Shown: positions 23,156 to 33,991 of the stretch, piece after piece
Position numbering within the stretch: the first letter of the stretch is position 1
How the letters are laid out: every line of letters begins with the position of its first letter
Assembly (NCBI GenBank): GCA_030390025.1
Contig: CM059432.1
Coordinates: 54,438,001 to 54,502,000, forward strand
DNA length: 64,000 nucleotides
DNA from: Squalus acanthias
Taxonomy: Eukaryota
Direction: 5' to 3'
The notes under the pieces: model-generated
What the model was told of the DNA's origin: nothing
What the model saw: the letters and a program-made list of their open reading frames with translations, nothing else
Database searches by the model: none
Position numbers and translations under genes: made by a program

Positions 23156-24853
23156 ATTTATTTTTTATTCGTTTATGTGGGCGTCGCTGGCAAGGCCAGC
23201 ATTTATTGCCCATCCCTAATTGCCCTTGAGAAGGTGGTGGTGAGCCGCCTTCTTGAACCGCTGCAGTCCATGTGGTGAAGTACTCCCACAGTGCTGTGAG
23301 ATAGGGAGTTCCAGGATTTTGACCCAGCGACGATGAAGGATCGGTGATATACTTCTAAGTCAGGATGGTGTGTGACTTGGAGGGGAACTTGGAGGTGGTG
23401 GTGTTCCCATGCGCCTGCTGCCCTTGTCCTTCCAGGTGGTAGAGGTCGTGGGTTTGGGAGGTGCTGCCAAAGAAGCCTTGGTGAGTTGCTGCAGTGCATC
23501 TTGTAGATGGTACACACTGCAGCCACGGTACGCCGGTGGTGGAGGGAGTGAATGTTTAAGGTGGTGGATGGGGTGCCATACAAGCGGGCTGCTTTGTCCT
23601 GGATGGTGTCGAGCTTCTTGAGTGTTGTTGGAGCTGCACTCATCCAGGCAAGTGGAGAGTATTCCATCACACTTCTTACTTTTGCCTTGTAGATGGTGGA
23701 AAGGCTTTGGGAAGTCAGGAGGTGAGACACTCGCCGCAGAATACCTAAGGCTCGATTTTGTCATGGGGTGGGCTGGAGTCGTGTCATCCGCTTTTCGTGT
23801 TAGCCACCCGACTCCAATTGGATGTGGGAGAATTATTCGATTTTCCCCTAATTGGGCAATTGAGTTCCAGCATGTGGGAACCCATGACCCAATTAGTTTT
23901 TTCAGTCTGAAAGTCGCCTCTGATGATGTCATCATTGCTGCTGCATTTAAGGTCTGCAAAGACTGGGAAGCTTTTGGCCTTTGCTGTGAGAGGGACCTGG
24001 AGGCAAAATGAGCAGCAGGAGACCTAAGTCTGCTCCCAGATTTTTCCTCCACCGCCACCGCCACCGCCCCCACCCCAAAGTTCCACAACAATGGTTATGA
24101 CTGCTAAAAGTTCCCCCAGAATAATGATTGATCAAATCTCCTTCTTAATGGTGGACCTGCAGCTGATAGTCAGCAATCCAAGTGTGCTACCACCAGGTTT
24201 CACCGTCGTGTTTCAGAGGAGGCATGCATCACGTCGGAAAAGTGTTAAAATCAGAAAGGCCTCTCAAAATGGGATTATAGAGGCAATTAAGTGGTTGTTA
24301 AGGGCCTTAAGGGCCTATCCTGCCTCTTGGAGACGGGACGGAGACGGATCAGAAACCACGCATTTGGGAAAATTGCTTGGAGGCGGGATGGAGGCGGGGT
24401 CGGGCCTGCCCGCCGTTTTTTGCAATTTTAACACCCCACACGCCTCCATTCCCGCCTCCTCGGGCCTGGCAAAATTGAGCCCCTAGTCTCTGACCTGCTT
24501 TTGTTGCCACTGTGGCTGGTCCAGTTAAGTTTCTGGTCAATGGTGACCCCCAGGATGTTGATGGAGGGGGATTCAGGCGATGGTAATGCCATTGAATGTC
24601 AAGTGGTGGTGGTTAGACTCTCGCTTGTTGGAGATAGTCATTGCCTGGCACTTCTGTGGCGCGAATGTTACCTGCCAATTATCAGCCCAAGCCTGAACAT
24701 CGTCCAGATCTTGTTGCATGTGGGCTTGGACTGCTTCATTATCTGAGGAGTTGTGAATGGTGCTGAACACTGTGTAGTCATCAACGAACATCCTCATTTC
24801 TGACTTTATGTTGGAGGGAAGGTCATTGATGAAGCAGCTGAAGATGGTTGGGC
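23156..24853 (-). mobile_element. 5'-truncated CR1 family B LINE in the Myb gene intron 2
   Basis: FSCFINDLP..MFVDD, VRSVMEYSPLAW, family B 3' tail. Confidence 0.93.
23748..24482. mobile_element. Harbinger-type MITE inserted in CR1 family B
   Basis: TIRs (A/G)GGCTC(G/A)ATTTTG / CAAAATTGAGCCC, TSD CTA; removal restores AGAATACC(T)AG(T)CTCTGACC. Confidence 0.9.
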
Positions 24854-25386
24854 TGATATGAGTGACTGATGTATGCCATGTAGCTGTATGATATGTAATT
24901 CTGTCACCAGGTTGCTGAGAAGTCCCCCTCTCTCCGCCTCCCCCTCTCTCCATCTCCCACTTCCAGCTGCTCGGCAACTCCAGATATTTCTAAAGTAGCC
25001 TCCTCTGCTGTTGTGAGGTTTGCAAATGATGGAGGACCACTGCTGGTTCTACCCCTCTCCCTTTTATTTTGGGCTCTTTTCCTGCAAGGAGGAAACGAAG
25101 AGAAGGTTGAGTGAAAGTGATGGAATGAGTGTAAGGAATTAATCGGTTAGATCTTTAGAGGGTGACTATGATGGAGTGGCGTGGCAATGCCAAGTGGCCT
25201 CCTTGTGTGTTGTTAGTTGGTATGATTGCATTAGGGTGAAGGTGAGTGTGAGAGTGGCTAGTCAGATGGGGATGTGATAATGTAGAAAGAGAGATTGGGT
25301 GGACATGCAAGGTATGTTGTTGTGAGTAAGGATGTGCAGGGGTAGGGTTGGGAAGGCAGAGTGATGGGGATGTGATGAGAGGCACA

Positions 25387-25654
25387 TAGAAACATAGCAA
25401 AATAGGAGCAGGAGTAGGCCATTCAGCCCTTCGAGCCTGCTCCACCATTCAATATGATCATAGCTGATCCTCTATCTCAACACCATATTCCCGCTCTCTC
25501 CCCATACCTCTTGATGCCTTTTGTGTCTAGAAATCTATCTATCTCCTTCTTAAATATATTCAGTGACTTGGCCTCCACAGCCTTCTGTGGTAGAGAATTC
25601 CACAGGTTCACCACCCTCTGAGTGAAGAAATTTCTCCTCATCTCAGTCCTAAAT
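25387..25654 (-). mobile_element. Short 3' fragment of CR1 family A in Myb intron 1
   Basis: FRTEMRRNFFTQRVVNLWNSLP + tail; TSD GCACA. Confidence 0.93.
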
Positions 25655-27057
25655 GCACAGCATGATGAAGGTGAGTGTGGCTTTGTACTCACGTTTCCTG
25701 ATCTAATGAGATCATTGAAACATTTGCGGCACTGAACCCAGGTCCTCCTGACCACATCCCTGCTGGTGACCTCCTCTGCAATCTCCAACCAGACTGTTTG
25801 GGTGTCCTGGGGAGGTCTCTTCCGCCCATTGGAAGAGGACCTCCCTGGATGCTCTGACTCCCTCCATAAGCATATGGAGGGAGTCATCGGAGAACCTGGG
25901 TGCAGCCCTCTGCCTCTGTGCAGTCATTGACAGTGTTTGTAGCACTCCAATGCTGTAGTGCCTGACAGCACTATGTTACATTGACATTCAAATCTAATGT
26001 GGCCATGGCCCCTTTAAAGATCCCGGCTGAAAACGTGTCATCAATGACGTCACCATACCCGCACCACTTAATTGGGCTGGGTAACACGCAGGACGGGCTT
26101 AATAGGCCCTATTAAGGGAAAGTCATTTTCAGCAGCGGGATGGAGCCAGCAGCGGGGTCGTGAACCGCCATCGCCACCGCCCGCACCGGACCCGCCCAGG
26201 TAGGCAAAATTCCAGCCTTGCTGTTTTATCTATGATGTCTCGCATTTTTGTGTATGGGGACTCACATTACTGTGTAATCTTACACAGTTTGTGAAACTCC
26301 TGCCAATGACGTGGAAGCTTTGAATCTCAGTTTCTTTAACATTCCTGGGCCTGGAGGACTGGAAAAAGCTTTTTCCTGACTGGTGGAATTTGACCAGTCA
26401 GTGAGCATCCTTTACCAGTTCTCCATGCCTGGGAATTTTAAAGAGCTAAAGCTTCCACGTTTTCAGCCTTTTGAGGTAGGCCAAGAACAAGGGGACAGAA
26501 ATGGAGGTTAGGGAGGTCCTTGCAATTTTTGTGTATGGAGGAGTCTAAACTCTTTTTGTGAATAGAGTAGACACACTTTTTTGTGTATGGTAGTTCTCAT
26601 TTTTTGGTATATTAAGGGGTCTCTTTTTTGTGTATATGGCAGGTGGGGGTGGAAATTGCAAGTTTTTGTGTACAGGTGACTCACTCTTCATGTATGGAGC
26701 TTGTGCTTATTGTGGATGTGGGTCTCACTTTTAAGGGTCTCACTTTTTGTGTGGATGGGGTGGCACCTTGTTGTGTATGGGGGTCTCACCTTTTGAATCT
26801 ATAGGGGTCTTGCTGTTTTGTATATGATGTCTCGCATTTTTGTGTATGGGGTCTCACATTACCGTGTAATCTTATGCGGCTAATCACTGGTTTGAGACAT
26901 GTATCTGGCTTCAAAAGGTGGGACATCCCTTGTCTAAGCAAAGTGTTGTTGCTGTCTCCAAATAGTTGATTTAGAGGCAGATTCTGCAGTGAGCATATCC
27001 TTGGTAGCAGCATTGAAAGTGTCTTCCATTCTTATCTTCTATGCTTCCAGGTTATTA

Positions 27058-27735
27058 CAAATGTGAGAAGTCGCACAACACCAGGTTATAGTCCAACAGC
27101 TTTATTTGAAATCACAAGCTTTCGGAGCACTGCTCCTTCGTCAGGTGAAGTAAAGGCGGCCTTCAAGACACACGACAACGCAAAATCGTCGAGCAGAAAC
27201 TGATAGCCAAGTTCCGCACCCATGAGGACGGCCTCAACCGGGATCTTGGGTTCATGTCACGCTACATGTAACCCCACCTGACGTAGAGTCATCCAGACTC
27301 GAGTCGTCGTTGGCTTGTTCTCTCTACACAGATGCGGCCGGACCTGCTGTGATTTCCAGCAAAAAAAGTAAAAAGTTTTTTGTTTTCCATACAGACTCCA
27401 GCATCTGCCACATTTGACCCCTTGTGACACCACCTCATTGTCTTTGATGTAATGTTTTCCTGACTGACCTGTTTGGACACCATCTACACCTTTGATTGTC
27501 GTGATTATCTCTCTGCCGAGGTGTGATAAAGGGCAGTTAGAAAGATTAACTGTAATCATCTGGCATTGTTCTCTGACTATATATGCTGTGCCTATATGCA
27601 TTTCTTCACTTCACCTGACGAAGGAGCAGCGCTCCGAAAGCTTGTGATTTCAAATAAAGCTGTTGGACTATAACCTGGTGTTGTGCGACTTCTCACATTT
27701 GTCCACCCCAGTCCAACACCGGCATCTCCACATCA
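27058..27735 (+). mobile_element. Penelope-like retroelement, 5'-truncated, with inverted pseudo-LTR
   Basis: GIY-YIG C-terminus GGLQDTRQRKIVEQKLIAKFRTHEDGLNRDLGF (~27155-27272); ~95-bp inverted repeat 27058-27151 vs 27608-27702; flanking duplication AGGTTATTACAA (27049-27060, 27736-27747). Confidence 0.92.
27610..27650 (+). ncRNA. Minimal hammerhead ribozyme motif (inverted copy at ~27108-27149, minus strand)
   Basis: CUGACGA core, helix II GGAGC-agc-GCUCC, GAAA, palindromic AAGCUU in place of helix III, as known for Penelope pseudo-LTRs. Confidence 0.8.
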
Positions 27736-27867
27736 AGGTTATTACAAGCTTCAGCAGGTAAGCCAGTGCATCAAATTATATCACACAAGCCAAGTAAGAG
27801 CTGCTTTGAACATCCATGTTAGTAAATAGGGAGGGGGGAAATCCTCCAATAAGACCACAATGACATT

Positions 27868-28609
27868 GGGCCGAAAATTGATCCCGGGACGCGAGAGTAC
27901 GCACTGCGTACTCTCGCGTATTCCCACTCCAATTGCCGGTTTTCTGCATGCCCTGCGCATGCGCTGAAAACCGGCAATTGCTCTTCTGAAAAGGGGGCGG
28001 GGCCTGGGTGCATCGCGTGCGCGCTACAGGCTGCGCGCACGCTGTGCACTTCATGCTTTGGACGCGCAGGTAAGTAGGGAAGATTTTGGAAATGTAAAAA
28101 GGAGGAGTAAGACCCGCTTTTAAGAAGGTAAGTAGTGAATTAAGTATTTTTTTGAATTTTTTTTTACAGGTATATCTTTTTTATAGACTTTAAAGACAGG
28201 TAAGTTTATTTTTATAACTTTTTAAAAGATTTTAAATTTTTTCAAAAATTTAATTTTTTATTTAAAATGGTTAATTTAATTAACTATACTTATTTTATTA
28301 ATGTGATGGTTTTTTTTAAATTTAATTGAGGTTTAGCTGTTATTTTGGGGGGGTGTAAGATTCATAGATTTCACAGCCATGCTGTGAGACTTATGAATGG
28401 AAGATGGTGTGCTGCCATTGGCTCTAACTGAGTCACGTGATCCCACAGCTCGCACGAATTCACTACGCCGCTGGGATACGCAAGCCCAGCACAGCTGATG
28501 TCTGGAACATCAAGTTCGTGCGAGCTGGATCTGAAAAAGCATAAGCGAGGTGAGACATCGCGGGGAAGGCTTACCCCCGCGGGAACAGAGCGAGATCAAT
28601 TTCTGGGCC
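27868..28609 (+). mobile_element. Harbinger-type MITE with CpG-rich ends and AT-rich core
   Basis: TIRs GGGCCGAAAATTGATC / GATCAATTTCTGGGCC, TSD ATT; related to 49093-49851 (GCGCATG(C/T)GCTGAAAACCGGCA). Confidence 0.88.
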
Positions 28610-30261
28610 ATTAAGTACAGTTGGATTCTGACGCCACAATGAGCTTCCCAAGGCTAGAGTTAGTAACAGATTTCCAGAATGTTACATTATTGGCATTGCT
28701 GCAGACAAATTCAGCTCTACAATCAGATACAGTTGTGTTCTGTTGAATAATAAATCGTTCTTGATGCTCACAAAGCCCTCATCAACCCAAAAATGACATC
28801 CTCTTCCATCCAGAATATTAGCTCAAGGTCATTCCCCGGAAAGGACATGACTCAGTCTGAGTCAGAAACATATTGAAAAAGTTGGTCAGTAAGACTACAG
28901 AATAGCAGTGGTGCAGCTTTACAATGCTTCTCCTGCCTGTAGAACTGTCTCTCATAGGGCCATAGGTCTTATCTCTGCTGACATTTTAAAACCAAAAGTT
29001 GGGAACTAATTCAGTAATCCCACTGGCATTCAATGGTAATTAACTAATTTCTGCAAGCAGCAAAATCATTTCACCTGATTGTTTGCCACTACAGACAGGT
29101 ACAAAATCAATCAAAAAGCAGGCAGCACATTTCCCCGAACAGCAATATCCAGCTTTGTCTCTCTGTTGATATTAATTCATGTTGATTGGTCTTAGGAAGG
29201 GGCGCTGATAGTGGAAACTTGCCTTTTAAAACAAAAAATGAGCTAAAAAATTTTGAAAGAAATAACATTTTAAAAGTATTTTCTTATTGCACAGCATTAC
29301 TTATTTTGTTCTTCTGAAGTTGATGTACTCCCCAGAACCACTTAGTACAACTCAGAGATCTCAGAAGTAATGTCGAATGCATGGCCTGTACTCAGGTTTT
29401 TAATGATTGTTTGTTCTGATCCCCTGATGTGCAATGCACCACAGCGACATCCTGACTGGCAAACTGGAGTGTGAGCAGAATAGAAATGAACAGTGGTCAG
29501 TTTAATTGCAGCCGGTGAACAACTCAGATGCTTTAAATTCCAATTATTTTGTTGAAGCTATTTATTTCACAATATCTAAATATTTATTTTCATAAAGCAA
29601 TAATTGTGGGATCATATATCTGTAAGAAAAGGCATTTTCTTAAAATCTGGTTAACAAGGCGATTAAAATCCACTAGGGAAAAAAAATGTTAGGTCTCAAT
29701 TTTTTTTTACACGTTTGCCTTCATTCTGGAATCAACCCATGTACATTCCGAGGCTTTTGAATTGTAGGGAGTTGCCTCAGGATCACAATTTTCTGCCAAG
29801 TATTTGTATTTTAACTTGTATATGTAATTAGAATTTCCAGCAAGATTGGCAGATAACTATTTGTATGATGCAGCCCACGTTGAAGTGCATTGATGTGATC
29901 ATCCGAAGCCACGGAGCCACACTGCAATGGTTTTTCCCTCCAGTTCTGCACACAGTGAGATCACTCTCTCTACTAGGTTGTCTCGGAAAGGAACAGAGCA
30001 AAAGCAAGCAGACCTGGTAAGTGACACCCACCAAGAGTGAGAATCGCTCATTCTGGTTAAAATATATCTTCTATTTTGATGAAAGTCACTTTTAAAAATA
30101 AACATCCCTTCATACATTTAAATAGGCTCATAATCTGCATCATTCTTGCTAATTGCAAATATCTCTGCTGTTGACAGCTATGAACAAGCTTCTCCCACAG
30201 GAAGGAATAGAAAATTAGAAGTATTTCACAGACTTCATCCTGGCCAATTACAGTAAGGGGA

Positions 30262-30680
30262 AAAAAAGAACTTACACATCATCAGGACAGCTCAAAAGTG
30301 CTTCACAAACAATAAATTACTTTTGTAGTGTTATCACTGTTGTTATTTAGGCAAATGTGGCAGCCAATTTGCACACAACAAAGAGCAAATGAGATAAATT
30401 AGTAGTGTTGGTTGAAGTGGTAGAGGCCGAGGAACAAGCTGCGTGCTTGCCATTTTGTTGATATAGAATAATTTAGCACAATCTAAAGAGGAGGAGAAAT
30501 TGGGGGAGAAATTGGTTATGGTCCCTTTCCAAGCAGCTAACCAACTGTGCACAGGTGCTGGTCGTGCCTCCTTCGGCAGCTCGGGCCGAGTATATGTAGG
30601 AAATGCAGCAGCCAATTTGCGCACAGCAAGCTCCCACAAGCAGCTGATAATCTGCTTATTATCTGGTAATCTGGTAATCT
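30262..30680 (-). mobile_element. Degraded DeuSINE/L2-tail fragments
   Basis: GCAGCCAATTTG(C/T)GCACAGCAAGCTCCCACA matches the element at 43455-43828. Confidence 0.65.
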
Positions 30681-30693
30681 GCTCTAGAGGTTT

Positions 30694-31048
30694 TGTGGGA
30701 AGGAACCTCGCTTCAATATGCATTCTGGGCATCATGTGATGTGACTCAGTTAAAGGAGAAGATCCTTTAAGGATGCCTAGAAGGTCTTTTTGGACATGTG
30801 ACAGATGAGTAAAAGAGAATGGGTAGCTTCTTGTAGTTAGAGCTCACGGGACTTTTGGAAGTCCAACCCCTACAGAAGCGAAGCTTGATCACCTTGGGTC
30901 TGCAGGAAACCAGGCTGTATAAGTCTATTGTATAACCGTAATAGTTATTGTACTATTGGTGTCTGAGTAATAAACTTGTATTTGGACAATACGCTCGAGC
31001 CTGAACCACAAGGAATCATTTAATTGAGTTTAAAGAGATTTCCTTACG
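30694..31048 (+). mobile_element. Possible short solo LTR
   Basis: TGTGGGAAGG..TTTCCTTAC ends, TATA-like at ~30918, AATAAA at ~30969; no TSD. Confidence 0.4.
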
Positions 31049-32720
31049 GTGAGCCGCCTTCTTGAACCGCTGCAGTCCATGTGGTGAAGGTACTCCAACA
31101 GTGTTGTTAGGGAGGGAGTTCCAGGATTTTGACAAAGCGACTATGAAGGAACGGCGATATATTTCCAAGTCAGGATGGTGTGTGACTTAGAGGGGAACTT
31201 GAAGGTGATTGTGTTCCTATGCGCCCGCTGCCCTTGTCCTTCTAGGTGGTAGAGGTCGCGGGTTTGGTAGGTGCTGCCGAAGACGCCTTGACGAGTTGCT
31301 GCAGTGCATCTTGTAGATGGTACACACTGCAGCCACAGTACGCTGGTGGTGGAGGGAGTGAATGTTTAAGGTGGTGGACGGAGTTCCAATCAAGTGGGCT
31401 GCTTTGTCCTGGATGGTGTCGAGCTTCTTGAGTGTTGTTGGAGCTGCACTCATCCAGGCAAGTGAGTATTCCATCACACTCCAAGCTTGTGCCTTGTAGA
31501 TGGTAGAAAGGCTTTAGGGAGTCAGGAGGTGAGACACTCACCGCAGAATACCCAGCCTCTGACCTGCTCTTACAGCCACATTATTTATGTGGCTGGTCCA
31601 GTTAAGTTTCTGGTCAATAGTTACACCCAGGAATTTAATGTTGGGAGATTCGGCGATGGTAATGCCGTTGAATGTCAAGGGGCAGTGGTTAGATTCTCTC
31701 TTGTTGGAGATTGTCATTGCCTGGCACTTCTGTGGCACAAATCTTACTTGCCACTTATCAGTCCAAGCCTGAATGTCATCCAGGTCTTGCTGCATCCGTG
31801 CATGGACTGCTTCATTATCTGAGGAATTGCAAATGGAACTGAACACTGTGCAATCATCAGTGAACATCCCCACTTCTGACCTTATGATGGAGGGAAGGTC
31901 ATTGATGAAGCAGCTGAAGATGGTTGCACCTAGGACACTGCCCTGAGGAACTCCTGCAGCAATGTCCTGGGATGAGATGATTGGCCTCCAACAATCACAT
32001 CATTTTCCTTTGTGCTAGGTATGAGTCCAGCCAGTGGAGAGATTTCCCCCCGATTCCCATTGACTTCAATTTTACTAGGGCTCCTTGATGCCACACTCGG
32101 TCAAATGCTGCTTTGATGTCAAGGGCAGTCACCCTCACCTCTGGAATTCAGCTCTTTTGTCCATGTTTGGACCAAGGCTGCATGAGGTCTGGATCTGAGT
32201 GGTCCTGGCGGAACCCAAACTGAGCATCAGTGAGCAAGTTATTGGTGAGTAAGTGTCGCTTGATAGCACTGTCGATGACATCTTCCATCACTTTGCTGAT
32301 GATTGAGAGTAGGCTGATGGAGCGGTAATTGGCCGGATTGGATTTGTCCTGCTTTTTGTGGACAGGACATTCCTGGGAAATATTCTACTTTGTCAGGTAG
32401 ATGCCAGTGTTGTAGCTGTACTGGAACAGCTTGGCTAGAAGCGCGGCTAGTTCTGGAGCACATGTCTTCAGCACAAAGCTGGGATGTTGTCGGGCCCCAT
32501 AGCCTCTCTGTATCCAGTTCATTCAGCCGTATCTTGATATCACGTGGAGTGAATCGAATTGGCTAAAAACTGGTTTCTGAGTTGCTGGGGATCTCAGGAG
32601 GAAGCCGAGATGGATCATCCACTTGGCACTTCTGGCTGAAGATGGTTGCGAACACTTCAGCCTTGTCTTTTGCACTCTGAGGATGGGGATGTTCATGGAG
32701 CTTCCTCCTCCTGTTAGTTA
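31049..32720 (-). mobile_element. CR1 family B LINE fragment (RT domain)
   Basis: MFTDDC, LGVTIDQKLNW, AAPTTLKKLDTIQDKA. Confidence 0.93.
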
Positions 32721-33732
32721 CTAAAGTGTCCAATGATTTTTCATCAGCAGCAAAGAAAATACAAGAACTCAAGCCATGATCCCATTCGTTGACTTGCCGC
32801 TGTCTTGTCCCTGTTTGGTTTAGGACTTGGGAAAAGGAGGTAACTGTATATAAACATATATGTATCACTAAGTTTGTCCTGTGCATTTGAATAAGATAGC
32901 ACAATAGCTTGAAGCAGTACCCTACACTTCTAGGATCTGGATCCAAATCTAGTGGTATTAAAATGGCCCCTCTTTGATTGCTGTTTGAGTTCTAAGTGAA
33001 ATAGGTTTGAAATATGTCATCTTAGTTTCACGGAGCACAGCATAAAACCATTTTGCACTAGTTCTTTTTAGCCAATAGTCATTATAAATAACAAACAGCT
33101 GAAGAAACTCTGGCATAATAAACAAGACCTCCTGCTATATCAGAAGTACTATATCATGGATGAAATTGGAATCACACATAACTTTTTATATTAATTATAC
33201 ATCCACACCAACGTGGTATTGTTTGATAATGATGGAAGGAATTCCCTATTGCATTTTGACTTTCACACCAGTATCAAGAGGAATCCAGGAAATATGAATT
33301 ATGCAAGCTAATACAAATTGAAAACTACACACTTCAGTGGTTTATTCTTTAACATTAATCACACTCCCCAGATATTTATTTATGATGAATGAAATGTATT
33401 TGTGCATTTACTATCCAAGGCTTGAATTTAATGTTTAACAGCCCATACTGACCCCTGATGTTTTATTCACAGGCCATATCCCTATGCAAAACTAATTTAT
33501 AAGTGCAATGCAATTGCACTTTCCATCAGTCTTTCAGAGTCCTTATCAAATCAGTTTTATCCTTGAACCTTTGTTGGTATCTGTATTAAACACTGAAAGA
33601 AAAAGAAAGACTTGCACTGATATACCAATTTAGCACATCTCTCAGAACATTCAAAAAAATTCTCACTTCCAATTAATTAAATAAAATATGCTTCCATTCA
33701 GTGAATGTGGTTTGTTGTATTTCATATTAATT

Positions 33733-33990
33733 GCCGCGAAATTTGGCACCTTAGCGCTGATAGTTAAGGCCGGTTTGGAATAAAAAGGCGTTCGCCTCAC
33801 TTCCACCCACTTCCGGTGCAGCCTGCACTGTTCGCCATCTTGGTGAGGTCGATAGAGCGGGCAGGACGTGCATGGACCAGCAATATGCAGAGTAGGCAGG
33901 TCGTAACATCAGTCAGCATGTAACGCTGATTTGGCACACGACCTGCCATTTTGGACATCGCCACTCCATTCAACGCCCTTTCCTAAACAG
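33733..33990. mobile_element. Left end of a Harbinger-type MITE
   Basis: GCCGCGAAATTTGG start and CpG-rich subterminal sequence; partner end not found. Confidence 0.4.
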
Positions 33991-33991
33991 C

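Larger units (their letters stand above)
22540..25927 (-). pseudogene. Harbinger Myb/SANT-like DNA-binding gene, 3 exons (~25927-25693, 25081-24908, 23050-<22540), disrupted
   Basis: RAAPRFSDDSL..L.EGV, W.EIAEEV..RRTWVQCRKCFNDL trihelix motif; GT-AG sites at the listed boundaries; frameshifts and stops. Confidence 0.85.
16241..26217. mobile_element. PIF/Harbinger DNA transposon, two convergent genes, decayed and expanded by nested insertions
   Basis: TIRs GGCCGGAATTTT / AAAATTCCAGCC, TSD TTG (16238-16240, 26218-26220), empty-site paralog at ~26800. Confidence 0.9.
16020..26874. repeat. Local ~270-bp duplication built of degenerate TGTGTATGGGGTCTCAC units: copy 1 = 16020-16240 + 26221-26282 (split by Harbinger), copy 2 = 26609-26874
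   Basis: Direct alignment by eye, e.g. ATATTAAGGGGTCTCTTTT..AATTGCAAGTTTTTGTG..GACTCACTCTTCATGTATGGAG in both copies. Confidence 0.9.

Noticed and set aside
23360..24486. Long ORFs (243, 129, 131 aa)
   Set aside because: Chimeric read-through across a MITE/LINE junction or GC-rich MITE sequence
29832..30016. In-frame TGA (VEVH*CDHPK) as selenocysteine
   Set aside because: No recognisable selenoprotein homology or SECIS element
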